DNA from: Candidatus Thorarchaeota archaeon
Lineage (GTDB): Archaea; Asgardarchaeota; Thorarchaeia; Thorarchaeales; Thorarchaeaceae
Assembly: GCA_048882385.1 (NCBI GenBank)
Contig: JBHLRQ010000013.1
Span: 1-49,189, forward strand
Direction of reading: 5' to 3'
Length of the DNA: 49,189 nt
The notes beneath the pieces are model-generated. The model saw nothing but the letters and a program-made list of their open reading frames with translations, did no database searches and had not been told where the DNA came from. This document shows, in pieces, positions 18,962 through 29,262 of this stretch. Both the position numbers and the translations under genes were made by a program. Each line of letters opens with the position of its first letter. Position 1 is the stretch's first letter.

Positions 18962-19617
18962 AAATGGCCAATCACAGTAAGGCAGACTGGACTGATGAGG
19001 AACGAGTCCAGCGAATGGCAAAGACATATTCTGCGAGGTATGATGAGAAGTTCTGGAATGCAATGGGTGCGTTAGTTGGTTCTAGAACATGTGAAGTAGT
19101 GGCTGATTTTGGTTGTGGGCCGGGACTTCTTCTTGTAGATATTGCGAATAGGTATAAAGCAATCTTGGCGATAGGTCTTGACGAAAGCAATGAAATGCTT
19201 GCTCAAGCCGAGATATTTCTCAAAGAACGTGCAAATCTTGATTCATTCGAACTTGTGCAAGTAAACTTCGATACAGACGAAATCCCCCTAGACTCTGAAA
19301 TTATCGACTTCGGTTTTTCTGGTTTTATGTTGCATGAAGTCGCTAATCCTACACATTTTGTATCACAGGTTTATCAGCATATCACTCTAAATGGATTCTA
19401 CGTGGTCTATGATTTTGTTTCAGGAAACGAAGAAGCGTTTGTAAAGATAGTAAGCCAGCATGGTATGAGTGAAGAGAATGCTAGGAAGCGGTACCCACAT
19501 ATGTGTAAACACTCTGCAAATGACATCGTAGAACTCCTATCTACTGGTGGATTCAAAGATTGCCGCATGATTGTGATGGATGAAATGCGTGCAATTGTAG
19601 TAGGACTAAAGAGGTAA
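18958..19617 (+). CDS. Class I SAM-dependent methyltransferase
   Basis: DFGCGPG, GLD.S.EML and LHE motifs; ATGA overlap with the upstream gene. Confidence 0.9.
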   Translation: MKMANHSKADWTDEERVQRMAKTYSARYDEKFWNAMGALVGSRTCEVVADFGCGPGLLLVDIANRYKAILAIGLDESNEMLAQAEIFLKERANLDSFELVQVNFDTDEIPLDSEIIDFGFSGFMLHEVANPTHFVSQVYQHITLNGFYVVYDFVSGNEEAFVKIVSQHGMSEENARKRYPHMCKHSANDIVELLSTGGFKDCRMIVMDEMRAIVVGLKR

Positions 19618-19651
19618 CCTGACATACAGACAAATTAGGACGTAGAATTTG

Positions 19652-19855
19652 ATGTCAAGGATTCGGAGTAAATCATCGCCATGGGCACATGATAATTCCC
19701 AGCTATCCTGTCCAAGATGCAACGGTAGACGAGTAATTCGTATATTAGATAGCTGGGGCCGAAATCGTGGCGTTCAGATGTACAAATGTGCGTCATGCAA
19801 TAAGAAGTTCTACGAACGAGGTCTAGATGATTACAGACCAACTTTCATCCGATAA
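19652..19855 (+). CDS. Small Zn-ribbon protein (IS1/InsA-like zinc finger pattern)
   Basis: CPRC...GRNRGVQMYKCASCNKKF. Confidence 0.7.
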   Translation: MSRIRSKSSPWAHDNSQLSCPRCNGRRVIRILDSWGRNRGVQMYKCASCNKKFYERGLDDYRPTFIR

Positions 19856-19866
19856 CTACTAATGGT

Positions 19867-21012
19867 GTGTACAAAGTGTCTCGAAGACTTCAGCAATTGA
19901 AATACCCTTTCTCAGCTGAAGCCAGACAAGCATCACAAAAGATGGCTAGAGACCTTGGTGCGCTTGTAGATCTTCTTGAAGACCCGGAGAACAATTACAT
20001 CGTGGAAGAAGCTGAGGCTAGGGTCTTTGCAGCTCTGACTCAATCTGAGATTCGATATCCTGAGATGGAAAATGAAAAAGATGTTCTGATCTATCCCACA
20101 GCTCGTCTTATTGTCGAAGAGCTTGGTCTTCCACGCTTGAGATCACTACAAGCTGAAGCTGAATCGAAGGAAGCAAATAGACAACTTGGAAAAGAAGAGA
20201 ACGGTTTTGTGATGGATCTCTGTACAGGGTCTTTTGGATGGGGTGTAGAATCTCTTGGAGACCTAGGCAAACGCGCAAGTCTTCCTCTAATGCTTCGCAC
20301 CTACGAGATTAAAATCCGTTTTGAGAACTACCTTGAAGTGGCACCCTCATTTCATAGCGATGAATGGAGTCTAATCAATCGATACATGGACAAAGGATGG
20401 ATTCCAATTCGTCGATCTGAATTGGATCGACTCATTTCTGGCAAGTTCAGGCAACTTATCATGCAGGGTCGATTTGATATTCCAAGAATGTCTCAAAGGT
20501 TAATTGAGGCTGTTCATCGGATTGAATCCGAAACAAAGGGCAGGATTCGTCAGGTAGAGCATGTGAAAATAACAGAAACTCTCTCTAATGCATTTCCGCC
20601 ATGCATGGAGAAGATGTACAACGACTCGATGGCAGGCGAGGTCAATCTCTCTCATGACGCTAGGTTTGCACTTGCTGCATTTCTTCTTCGTATAGGAATG
20701 GAGGAAACTGATGTTCAGCGAGTGTTTAGTGGGTCTCCTGACAAACACACTAGTATTATCGAATACCAAGTTCGTCATATTGCTACAAAAAGATCAGTTG
20801 GTGAAGAACAGGGGGGTTATGTGCCTCCTGGTTGCAAAAAATTAAGAGTCAATAACCTATGTCCAGTCTATCTAGGAGCAACCTTCGACCCGTTGTGTGA
20901 GTATATATTGAATCCTCTTGCATTCTATCAGACAAGAGCCTGGGAGCTCACAAAGGGAATAACAGACCACTCTTGGTATGGGAAGAAGAAAAAGAAGAAA
21001 CAGGATTTTTAG
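19867..21012 (+). CDS. priL: DNA primase large subunit
   Basis: FPPCM, LSHDARF.LA.FL..IG, YQVRHI, and Y.PPGC..L....LCP...C Fe-S cysteines. Confidence 0.9.
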   Translation: MYKVSRRLQQLKYPFSAEARQASQKMARDLGALVDLLEDPENNYIVEEAEARVFAALTQSEIRYPEMENEKDVLIYPTARLIVEELGLPRLRSLQAEAESKEANRQLGKEENGFVMDLCTGSFGWGVESLGDLGKRASLPLMLRTYEIKIRFENYLEVAPSFHSDEWSLINRYMDKGWIPIRRSELDRLISGKFRQLIMQGRFDIPRMSQRLIEAVHRIESETKGRIRQVEHVKITETLSNAFPPCMEKMYNDSMAGEVNLSHDARFALAAFLLRIGMEETDVQRVFSGSPDKHTSIIEYQVRHIATKRSVGEEQGGYVPPGCKKLRVNNLCPVYLGATFDPLCEYILNPLAFYQTRAWELTKGITDHSWYGKKKKKKQDF

Positions 21013-21860
21013 CTCTTAGCTGAACATCGAGAATAATGATAGAGATACTCCTGAGCATAACCTGCGAATCTTCCAAAGTATCTACGAGCAGCTTCTGACT
21101 TTCTCAAGTAAGATTTTCCTGCTTCTGAGAACACCCCGTAGTTTTCTTGTATCACACGTTCAATCCACACATCGATTGGGAATGCTTCAAGAAATCCTAA
21201 GGAGAATAAACAGATACAATCCGCCACCTTATTGCCCACACCATGAAGAGTTTTGAGATTCTTATGAGCATCAATGTATTTCATTGACTTCAGAGAATCC
21301 TCCGAGACCTTTCCCTCTATGATTGATCTAGTTGACTCTACGATGAATCCAGCTCTCCATGCCAGCCCCAATTTCTTCAGATCATTGGTTGTTACTATTG
21401 ACAGTTGCTCAGGTGCTGGCATTCCGTAATACTTCTTACCACGAAACTCGTATGATGGTCCCCACTCTCGTCTGATAGCATTAGTCATCCCTCGGATTGC
21501 TGGCACATTTTTCCAAACTGAGCAAAGAAATGAAACAAGACAAGGAAAGAAAGGATCATTGACTATACGGAGGTCTGGGGCAAACTCAATGCTCGCCTTC
21601 ATGATTCCATCTCTAGATATCTCTCTCTGTATCTCTTCCAATGGGTCGTCCAATCTGAGAAGTTCTCGTAGATTCACATCATCACTAGAGGTATCATAAT
21701 AGAGAGCGCTCTCCTTTTGTTCGACATACACTACTTGACCGATATCTGCGTTGATGTATCCGTTTCCCTCTCTCACCCAACTGAATGTTTGACCGCATTC
21801 AAGTGTGTCAGAGAGACTGAACCTCTCAACCTCTATGTTTCTCATTATGCCCTCAATCAC
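21009..21860 (-). CDS. 8-oxoguanine DNA glycosylase (OGG1-like, HhH-GPD)
   Basis: TLECGQTF.W, HhH LHGVGNKVADC, FPIDVW, AGYAQEYLY. Confidence 0.9.
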   Translation of the reverse strand: MIEGIMRNIEVERFSLSDTLECGQTFSWVREGNGYINADIGQVVYVEQKESALYYDTSSDDVNLRELLRLDDPLEEIQREISRDGIMKASIEFAPDLRIVNDPFFPCLVSFLCSVWKNVPAIRGMTNAIRREWGPSYEFRGKKYYGMPAPEQLSIVTTNDLKKLGLAWRAGFIVESTRSIIEGKVSEDSLKSMKYIDAHKNLKTLHGVGNKVADCICLFSLGFLEAFPIDVWIERVIQENYGVFSEAGKSYLRKSEAARRYFGRFAGYAQEYLYHYSRCSAKS

Positions 21861-21974
21861 CGTCCATGAAATGAGTATTGTGCTCTGTTTGTTTTTTCCC
21901 CTGGATTAGAATCATCTTGCGAAGCGTTTCTGTTGAATGACAAAACTAAAACATAATCTCATTGAATTAGACAG

Positions 21975-22040
21975 GCGGCAGTGATGATTTCCTTACTGAG
22001 ATTGTGAACAAATGATCGACCTTAGGGGTATCTGAGCCGC
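21975..22040 (+). ncRNA. Box C/D guide sRNA candidate
   Basis: Stem GCGGC, A, C box GTGATGA (21981-87), 16-nt guide, D' GTGA (22004-07), C' ATGATCG (22012-18), 13-nt guide, D box CTGA (22032-35), stem GCCGC; fully intergenic. Confidence 0.85.
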
Positions 22041-22045
22041 ACCAA

Positions 22046-22537
22046 TCATTCCAGCTCTGAAAATTCCCTAGCGTTTCTTATTACAATATCAGTCAGTTGT
22101 CCTACATCATCATTTGTTATCACAGGAATGTCTGATATCAGATTCGGCCTTTCTGACCATGTTATGATTGCCTGAGTGTTTGGTGGCACATCATCAAGAA
22201 TAAGGTCGTTTTCTCCAATACACCACAATCTTGGTATATCAACTGACTTCATTCCTTCAATAATCAGAAAATCGTGTTCCACTAATTTGGTCAGATCCTC
22301 ACTGCGAATGATATCCCTGAAATTGAGGTTTTCTCTGTCTGATTTGTGGAACAATGTCACAGTTGCTCCTGCTTGTTTATGCCGCCAGGTATCTGTTCCA
22401 TGTTCCGGACCGGGGTCGTGTTTCGAGCTCTTTATAGTTGCAACAGAATATCCAGAATCAACTAGGGATCTTACTATTGCTTCTACAAGTGTTGTCTTCC
22501 CTGTTCTGGAGTATCCAGATATTGCAAATACACGCAT
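22046..22537 (-). CDS. mobB: Molybdopterin-guanine dinucleotide biosynthesis protein B
   Basis: GYSRTGKTT P-loop, IK..KH, GTDTWRH..AGA, IIEG.K. Confidence 0.88.
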   Translation of the reverse strand: MRVFAISGYSRTGKTTLVEAIVRSLVDSGYSVATIKSSKHDPGPEHGTDTWRHKQAGATVTLFHKSDRENLNFRDIIRSEDLTKLVEHDFLIIEGMKSVDIPRLWCIGENDLILDDVPPNTQAIITWSERPNLISDIPVITNDDVGQLTDIVIRNAREFSELE

Positions 22538-22662
22538 CCTGAAAAGAGCAAACAATCATGCATATGGGAATTTCGTTTCGTTAGAAGGTAAAAAAAATCA
22601 CTGCTCGAAGGGCGAGGCTTAAAACGGAGTCATAACAGACTCGAAGCTGGTGAATTCACACT

Positions 22663-23424
22663 TTGGCTGGCGAGAATCAAGTGGCAGTGGACTGCATCGA
22701 TGTACATCGTGAATTCCAAGACGGATCACGAGTCATCAAAGTCCTACAGGGCACTAATCTAAGCGTTGATCGTGGTGAGTTTGTAGCGATAGTTGGAGCC
22801 TCTGGTTCAGGGAAGACCACTTTGCTCAATCTCATTGGTGGACTTGACCAGCCTACATCTGGAACAATACTCATCGATGGACAAGACATCACACTTCTTG
22901 ATGATGAGGAGATGTCTAAGGTTCGACGACATAAAATTGGAGTGCTTTTCCAGGATCAACATCTCTTACCCATCTTTACTGCTCTTGAGAATGTTGAGGT
23001 TCCTATGCTTCTTGATGATATTCCAGCCGAAGAACGCCATAAGCGAGCAATGAAGCTTTTAGAAACAGTCTTTGTAGACCACAGAGCTCAGCATATGCCA
23101 CATGAACTATCAGGGGGTATGCGATCCCGAGTAGCTTTAGCAAGAGCACTGGCTAATGACCCAGCTGTGTTATTGTGTGATGAGCCAACAGGTGACTTGG
23201 ATCACAAGACTGGCGGAGAGATCATTCAGCTAATGCGTGACCTTGCCAAGAATCAGAATCGCGCAGTAATTGCAGCCACTCATGACCCTGAAACCGCAAG
23301 GATGGCGGACCGAATACTACTCCTCCGTGATGGAGTACTAGTCGATGAGCTTGTTGGTGACTTCTTCAAAGCCAGTAGGATTGATGTTGGAACAAAAAAG
23401 AATGGCACAAAACGAGAATCATAG
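22663..23424 (+). CDS. ABC transporter ATP-binding protein (LolD/MacB type)
   Basis: GASGSGKTT, LSGG, LCDEPTGDLD and THD motifs. Confidence 0.95.
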   Translation: MAGENQVAVDCIDVHREFQDGSRVIKVLQGTNLSVDRGEFVAIVGASGSGKTTLLNLIGGLDQPTSGTILIDGQDITLLDDEEMSKVRRHKIGVLFQDQHLLPIFTALENVEVPMLLDDIPAEERHKRAMKLLETVFVDHRAQHMPHELSGGMRSRVALARALANDPAVLLCDEPTGDLDHKTGGEIIQLMRDLAKNQNRAVIAATHDPETARMADRILLLRDGVLVDELVGDFFKASRIDVGTKKNGTKRES

Positions 23425-23441
23425 TCCTTGGAGTGATCTGA

Positions 23442-26333
23442 TTGGGTGAAGTAAGAAAGACTAGGAAAATCCAGAAGCAGGGCAATAACGCCTATGGGCT
23501 TTCCTATGCGATAAGCTCCATTAGAGCTAATCCCTTCAGAGCAATCAGTCTTGCCTTAACACTAAGTCTTGGTATCAGTCTCTTTGCCTCTACAATGGTC
23601 TGGGGTGATACCGGAGTCTATGTAAGTATCTACGAAAATCTAGAATCCAACGCATTCCAGCTGCAAATTACAGCTGACTCTGGTGATTTTGGAGCACTGA
23701 GTCTCACTGAAGATTACCTTCACCAAGATCCTTTGGTTGAACAGACATATAGACTGAATTCAACTTTAGGAATAGTATGGGGAACGGAGCTTGACAACAG
23801 CACACTCTATGACATAGATGGTCACGTTTACAGTGATGGTATGAAGGATTGTAGAGTGATCTTTGTCGATAATGACTTTCTTCAATTGACGGAAGCTGAA
23901 TTCTGGATTCAAGGAAGTTTTCAACTTGATGAGGGAGAAATTGTTGTTTCGAGTAATTTCCTGTGGTACATCAATGCGCTCTATGGCTTTGAACCACAAC
24001 TCAATGATACAATCGATATTGAACTTCTCACGGAAGTGACATCAACTCAGGCAGAGCCAATTGGTGATCTTGGAAGAATGAGTCTAACTGAGTTGAAAAT
24101 TGTTGGCATATACAACCCCAAAACCCCTGACTCCTTACTGGAACAAGCACTTCCCACCATGGACAGAACCCAATTTAACACCACGAACATTCGTTATCCT
24201 GTTCTTGGATTGCGAGACAGTGTGATGATTCTCAATGACGCAATTCCCCAAAACTCTCTTCCAGAGGACAGTTACTTTGAACCATCGACACTTGTCAGGT
24301 TTTCAGCTAGTGCTCTGGCAGCAGCTGGTCCTGAGAACATTGCATCTAACTTGTACAGTATCGCTGACCAAGTAGAGGAACGTTTCAACATTGAATGGAA
24401 TGGAGTAGCGAAAATTCAACAACTCCAAATGTCTGTTAACACCTATGTGTCTACACTCTCCCTATCTATCCTAGCTCTACCAATCATATTACTTGCCCTC
24501 TTCTTCTCGGTCTTTGCTGCAGATACATTCATGGCTCCGCGAACAGTGGAAGTTGGTATCATCAGATCCAAAGGTGCAACCTATTCTCAGGTTTCAAGTA
24601 TCTTCTTGTGGGAAACAGCAATAATTGGGTCCTTGGCTATTGTTTTTGGTATTATATTCAGTATCTTCTTTGCACCCCTGATCCCATCAAGTCTGAACTT
24701 CATGTCCTTTGACATCAATATCTACACTTACTATTTATCACAGACAGTAGTTTCTCTCAGCACCCTACTCAGATCAATTGGATTGACAGTCCTACCCAGT
24801 ATGCTGTTCATACTCTATCTTGCTCGGAAAGCCGCTTCTGCGGAGATTGGACTAACTTTAATGGAATTCACTGAAGATCCGACTGAGCATGTAGAGTCAC
24901 ATGGTTTTACAATAGGTGCTTCAGTTCTGCTTCTGATAATTGTCATCATCATGATGTACATACTTCCAAAGAATCCCTTACTCTTCCTGTTAGAGATTAC
25001 ACTCGGTACTGCTGCATGGTTCTTTATCGCATATAATGGATCTAGGATTTCGCGGAAAGGGCTTGCTAGTGTTTCACAACGACTCTCGTTCATTCTTGGT
25101 CAGAAAAACCTCATTTCAGCAGGATATCTCAGAATGCGAAAAGGAAGAATCATCCCACTCATGGTCGTTCTCGCTCTTACAATGTCATCCACAATAGCAT
25201 TCGCTGTCCAATCTGACAGTCTCAGGGTTGACCTCAACAGAGAGGTCGATTATGCTTTAGGCTCAGATATTCGAATTGAATGCACAGCTCGAGAACTTGA
25301 TTTCAATGATACTCTCATTTCAATCGATGGTGTAGAGCGAGTCACACCTGTTCTCAGAACTTGGGCCCGATTAGGTTCTGATGAAATATCGATAGAAGCT
25401 TTGTATCCGGATGAATATGCTGAGATAGGACACTTTGACACATCCAGTTTTCCAGATTCGAGTCCAGAAACTGTTCTCGCAGCACTTGACTCTGTACCAG
25501 ATGGCATCATCATTAGCGATTTCCTCGCATTGCGCTTGAACAAAGTTGTTGGTGATAGTCTGGTCCTCGAAATGCGAGATGTAGGTGCGACTCAACAAGT
25601 TTCCTTCACAATTGTTGGAATTGTATTTAGTGCACCTGGCTTTGGATATGCATCTTTGACAGACATGCCCTATTCTGCTATCGGGTCTGGATTTGGGTTT
25701 CAGGCTCAGTACTCTGGTTTTGCCATCACAAATTTGGAGTATGTTTCATTTGAAACAAGCATCGAAACCGTCGATCTATTTCTCGGAGATATCTCTGACT
25801 CCGCTAATAAAACACGAATTCTTGAAGATATGACGACAATACCCGATGTTTATGCCTATATGTCATCGGAGTTCGACCTAAAAGCTCATTCGCTTTCCAC
25901 AGCTCTTTTCCTAAACACTGTAGAGGGCTTATTCTCACTTGGATTTGTCATGTCGTTAACTCTCAGCATATTTGCGCTATCGATTTCGCTTGGCTCAGTA
26001 GTTCGAGAACGTCGAAAAGAGTATGCTGTGATGCGTGCAATTGGTGGGTCTAAGCGGCAAGTAGTAAGTATGGTCTTCTCTGAGTTCTCTGGTGTTGTCT
26101 TGGCATCATTAGCTTTGAGTCTAATTCTTGGAGCTGTCTTTGGATTTGTTATGGGTTTCCTACTCAATAACATGAGTCCATTCTCTAGGGTATTATCAGC
26201 CACAATATCATTTCCATTTGAATTTCTCTCGATTGTTCTATTCCTTGAAATCCTCACGATGGTGATTGGAGCATATCTACCAGCGCGAGAAGCGGCAAAC
26301 ACAGATCCAGCTGTGGTTCTTCGAAATATGTGA
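23442..26333 (+). CDS. Large FtsX/MacB-like ABC permease with two FtsX domains
   Basis: EVGIIRSKGAT and ERRKEYAVMRAIGGS motifs, two large extracellular domains, PAREAA..DP end. Confidence 0.9.
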   Translation: MGEVRKTRKIQKQGNNAYGLSYAISSIRANPFRAISLALTLSLGISLFASTMVWGDTGVYVSIYENLESNAFQLQITADSGDFGALSLTEDYLHQDPLVEQTYRLNSTLGIVWGTELDNSTLYDIDGHVYSDGMKDCRVIFVDNDFLQLTEAEFWIQGSFQLDEGEIVVSSNFLWYINALYGFEPQLNDTIDIELLTEVTSTQAEPIGDLGRMSLTELKIVGIYNPKTPDSLLEQALPTMDRTQFNTTNIRYPVLGLRDSVMILNDAIPQNSLPEDSYFEPSTLVRFSASALAAAGPENIASNLYSIADQVEERFNIEWNGVAKIQQLQMSVNTYVSTLSLSILALPIILLALFFSVFAADTFMAPRTVEVGIIRSKGATYSQVSSIFLWETAIIGSLAIVFGIIFSIFFAPLIPSSLNFMSFDINIYTYYLSQTVVSLSTLLRSIGLTVLPSMLFILYLARKAASAEIGLTLMEFTEDPTEHVESHGFTIGASVLLLIIVIIMMYILPKNPLLFLLEITLGTAAWFFIAYNGSRISRKGLASVSQRLSFILGQKNLISAGYLRMRKGRIIPLMVVLALTMSSTIAFAVQSDSLRVDLNREVDYALGSDIRIECTARELDFNDTLISIDGVERVTPVLRTWARLGSDEISIEALYPDEYAEIGHFDTSSFPDSSPETVLAALDSVPDGIIISDFLALRLNKVVGDSLVLEMRDVGATQQVSFTIVGIVFSAPGFGYASLTDMPYSAIGSGFGFQAQYSGFAITNLEYVSFETSIETVDLFLGDISDSANKTRILEDMTTIPDVYAYMSSEFDLKAHSLSTALFLNTVEGLFSLGFVMSLTLSIFALSISLGSVVRERRKEYAVMRAIGGSKRQVVSMVFSEFSGVVLASLALSLILGAVFGFVMGFLLNNMSPFSRVLSATISFPFEFLSIVLFLEILTMVIGAYLPAREAANTDPAVVLRNM

Positions 26334-26342
26334 GGTGAGTGT

Positions 26343-29252
26343 GTGGCGAAAAAGAAACAGAAAGGCATTCTGAAGGGTAGTCGGTTTTGGGCTATGAGCC
26401 ACGCTGTTTCATCACTAAGAACTCAAAAAGTTCGAAACATAGGAATCGCACTCATCCTTGCAATTTGTGTGGCAATACCAACTACAGTGTTCGCTTGGAC
26501 AAATACTGGTACCAGACTTGCAGTTGAAGATTTCCTTGGTAAAAATCCATATCAACTAAGTGTAATCGATCTGGCATCGGATCGTAATTATGATGACCTT
26601 CTTGCCATAGAAGATTGGATGGTGGCAAGTCCATTCATCGAGCAGGCTCGAATAACTCCAAGTACTGTTGGAATTCTTAGAATTGCTGGTGTGACTACGG
26701 AGTGGGATGAGTATAGGCCCAACGATAGAGTCTATGCGTCCGGGATAAAGGACATGCGTGTGATAGTAGTCACACAAGAGATTCTAAATGAATGGTCCAC
26801 AGAGCTAGTATGGTCTGGAAACACCACAATCGATTCAGATCAAATCCTTGTTTCACAGCAGTTTATTACTAGCGCTGAAGAAGTAACAAACTATACACTT
26901 GAGATTGGATCTGAAATCAGCATTGATATTCTGCGAAATTATTATAATCCAGATCCCAGAGTTCCCTTTGACCCTCTTCCTCTTGATCGCCTCATACTTG
27001 GAAATCTCACAATTGCTGGAATATATGATGTTACATCTTTATCCGTAGTAAGTCAGTCTTATCCATCTATTAGCAGACAGAATTGGGATGCTCTTGAATC
27101 CCCAAGTAGCGTTTTGGGGTTGGATGATTCGGTTCTTATTCTTGACGAATCTCTTGACCAAGAATCGATTGAGAAGATTACTGCCGATGGATACTTTTCC
27201 CCTGTGGAGTTCTTTCGTGGGTCTACAAATGGACTAGTTTCAGCTGGACCTAGTAACGCAGCATTCAATCTGTTGTCTTTGAAGACTCAAATTCAAGAGT
27301 ATAATATTGAACTGCATGTGATAGGAGAAGCCCTCATTGAAGATCTTCAGACTTACATCTCCACCTATCTTGCCAGTCAAGTCCTTATCATTCTGGCAAT
27401 ACCTATCATGATTATGAGTCTGATGCTGACTCTTTTCACATCTGAAACATCTGTTTCTCAAAAGAAGGGCGAAGTCAGTGCATTGAGAGCCAAAGGTGCC
27501 TCGTTCAATCAGATCTTCTCATCCTTCATTTATGAATCGCTTATACTTACTGGGATAGGTTATGTCCTTGGATTGATTTTGACTATCTTCATGGCTCCAT
27601 TGGTCGGGTCTTCTACTGGTTTGTTGTCATTTGATCCAGCTCTATATAGCGTGTATTTTGCCAAACTGTTGATACCTGAACAGTCGTTAGCACTTGCAGT
27701 AGCCATAGCCATGTTTCTACCGGCAACGTATCTGGTGCATGTCGCAAGAAGGATCGATGTCACAGAGATTGGTCAACCCACAACAAGAATGACATATGAG
27801 ATACCAGAAGAAGCGAATATCTGGTATTATGTAGTTGCATTAGGTGGTACTCTCTTAATTTTGCTTGTCATGCCAATGCTGATCAACCCTATTGGACAAA
27901 TTGCGCTCATTCAGATACTCGTGTCTGCACTGTTACTATTCACAGCATCATATCTTGGGTCAAGAGCAATGCGACTTGTAACTGCAATTGCCTCAGAGCG
28001 AGTTGGTGGACTAATTGGCGAAAAGAAGCTGTACATGACTCAGAGTCTGAGGAGGCGAAAGAGTCAGTTCATACCGCTACTTGTGATTCTGACTTTGACA
28101 TTGACAACAACATCAATGATGCTGATTCAGACAGCGAGCTTTCAAGATACTCTTCAGAATGAAGCAGTATACGCATTAGGTTGCGATGTGAGAATTGAAA
28201 AACATGACCAGTCTTTTGATTGGATTGATACCCTGACTAGCTATTCTGGAGTTGAATCAGCAACACCAGTACTAGAACTGCTATCTTATGTTGGATGGGA
28301 AGGATTCTATCTGGAAGGAATAGATGCTGCTGCATATTTAGAAATCGGGCTGTTCAAAGAGTCAAGTTTCGTAGGTGCATCCCCGGAAACTGCCCTGAAC
28401 GCCCTAGAATCCACACCCAATGGAATCATCATTAGTCAATATTATGCAATGGATTGGAATTTGACAACTGGTGATATATTGACCATCGAAGTTCCGAGAT
28501 CAGTTGGCGGCGACACCTCTGAACTCTTTCAGGTTGTTGGTGTGATGGTGAGCGCACCTTGTTTTGGTATGGCATCAACCCGTGATCTTCAGGGTGTGCC
28601 TTTTGGTACTTACTTTGGCTTTCAACCTGGAAGTGGAGGGTTTGCCTTTGTCAACATCGATTATCTATCGATTCAGTCTGGATATGACACAGCCGACTTG
28701 TTTCTGGTTGATGCCACATCAATAGACGAAATCCAATCAATGCTTGACTTTCTACAGACCGATCAGTACACAGAATTCTACACTCCTGAAAATTTGGAGT
28801 TCGGTTCTAACACTGTGACAGGGCTCTTCATAGCAGGAATTGAGGGTCTCACCATGATTAGTTTCATCATGTGTGCTAGTATGGGTATCGCCGCCATAGT
28901 GTTGTTCTTAGGCTCAGCTGTTCTTGAACGAGAACCTGAATATGCATTATTCCGTGCAATTGGTGGTACAAAACGACAAGTGATATCTCTGGTGTTTGGT
29001 GAATTTGCTGGTAGTGTTATAGCGGCTGTTCTCATTAGTCTAGGTTTAGGTGTACTGTTTGGCTACTCGATGACATTACTTACATTTGGAATCTCATCAG
29101 TGTGGCCAATCCTTCCCAAGGTGTTTACATACCCTCTAACAGTGATGTTCTTGACTGTAGCTTTGGAGTGTATCGCAATGATAGCTGCGTGCTACTTCCC
29201 AGCACGTAGAGCAGGCAATACTGACCCTGCAGATGTACTTAGAAATATGTGA
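26343..29252 (+). CDS. Large FtsX/MacB-like ABC permease (paralogue of the upstream gene)
   Basis: EVSALRAKGAS and EREPEYALFRAIGG motifs, PARRA...DP end. Confidence 0.9.
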   Translation: MAKKKQKGILKGSRFWAMSHAVSSLRTQKVRNIGIALILAICVAIPTTVFAWTNTGTRLAVEDFLGKNPYQLSVIDLASDRNYDDLLAIEDWMVASPFIEQARITPSTVGILRIAGVTTEWDEYRPNDRVYASGIKDMRVIVVTQEILNEWSTELVWSGNTTIDSDQILVSQQFITSAEEVTNYTLEIGSEISIDILRNYYNPDPRVPFDPLPLDRLILGNLTIAGIYDVTSLSVVSQSYPSISRQNWDALESPSSVLGLDDSVLILDESLDQESIEKITADGYFSPVEFFRGSTNGLVSAGPSNAAFNLLSLKTQIQEYNIELHVIGEALIEDLQTYISTYLASQVLIILAIPIMIMSLMLTLFTSETSVSQKKGEVSALRAKGASFNQIFSSFIYESLILTGIGYVLGLILTIFMAPLVGSSTGLLSFDPALYSVYFAKLLIPEQSLALAVAIAMFLPATYLVHVARRIDVTEIGQPTTRMTYEIPEEANIWYYVVALGGTLLILLVMPMLINPIGQIALIQILVSALLLFTASYLGSRAMRLVTAIASERVGGLIGEKKLYMTQSLRRRKSQFIPLLVILTLTLTTTSMMLIQTASFQDTLQNEAVYALGCDVRIEKHDQSFDWIDTLTSYSGVESATPVLELLSYVGWEGFYLEGIDAAAYLEIGLFKESSFVGASPETALNALESTPNGIIISQYYAMDWNLTTGDILTIEVPRSVGGDTSELFQVVGVMVSAPCFGMASTRDLQGVPFGTYFGFQPGSGGFAFVNIDYLSIQSGYDTADLFLVDATSIDEIQSMLDFLQTDQYTEFYTPENLEFGSNTVTGLFIAGIEGLTMISFIMCASMGIAAIVLFLGSAVLEREPEYALFRAIGGTKRQVISLVFGEFAGSVIAAVLISLGLGVLFGYSMTLLTFGISSVWPILPKVFTYPLTVMFLTVALECIAMIAACYFPARRAGNTDPADVLRNM

Positions 29253-29262
29253 GGTAGTAAAA

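Noticed and set aside
19652-19855. Intact IS1 element
   Set aside because: No transposase catalytic ORF, inverted repeats or target duplication seen
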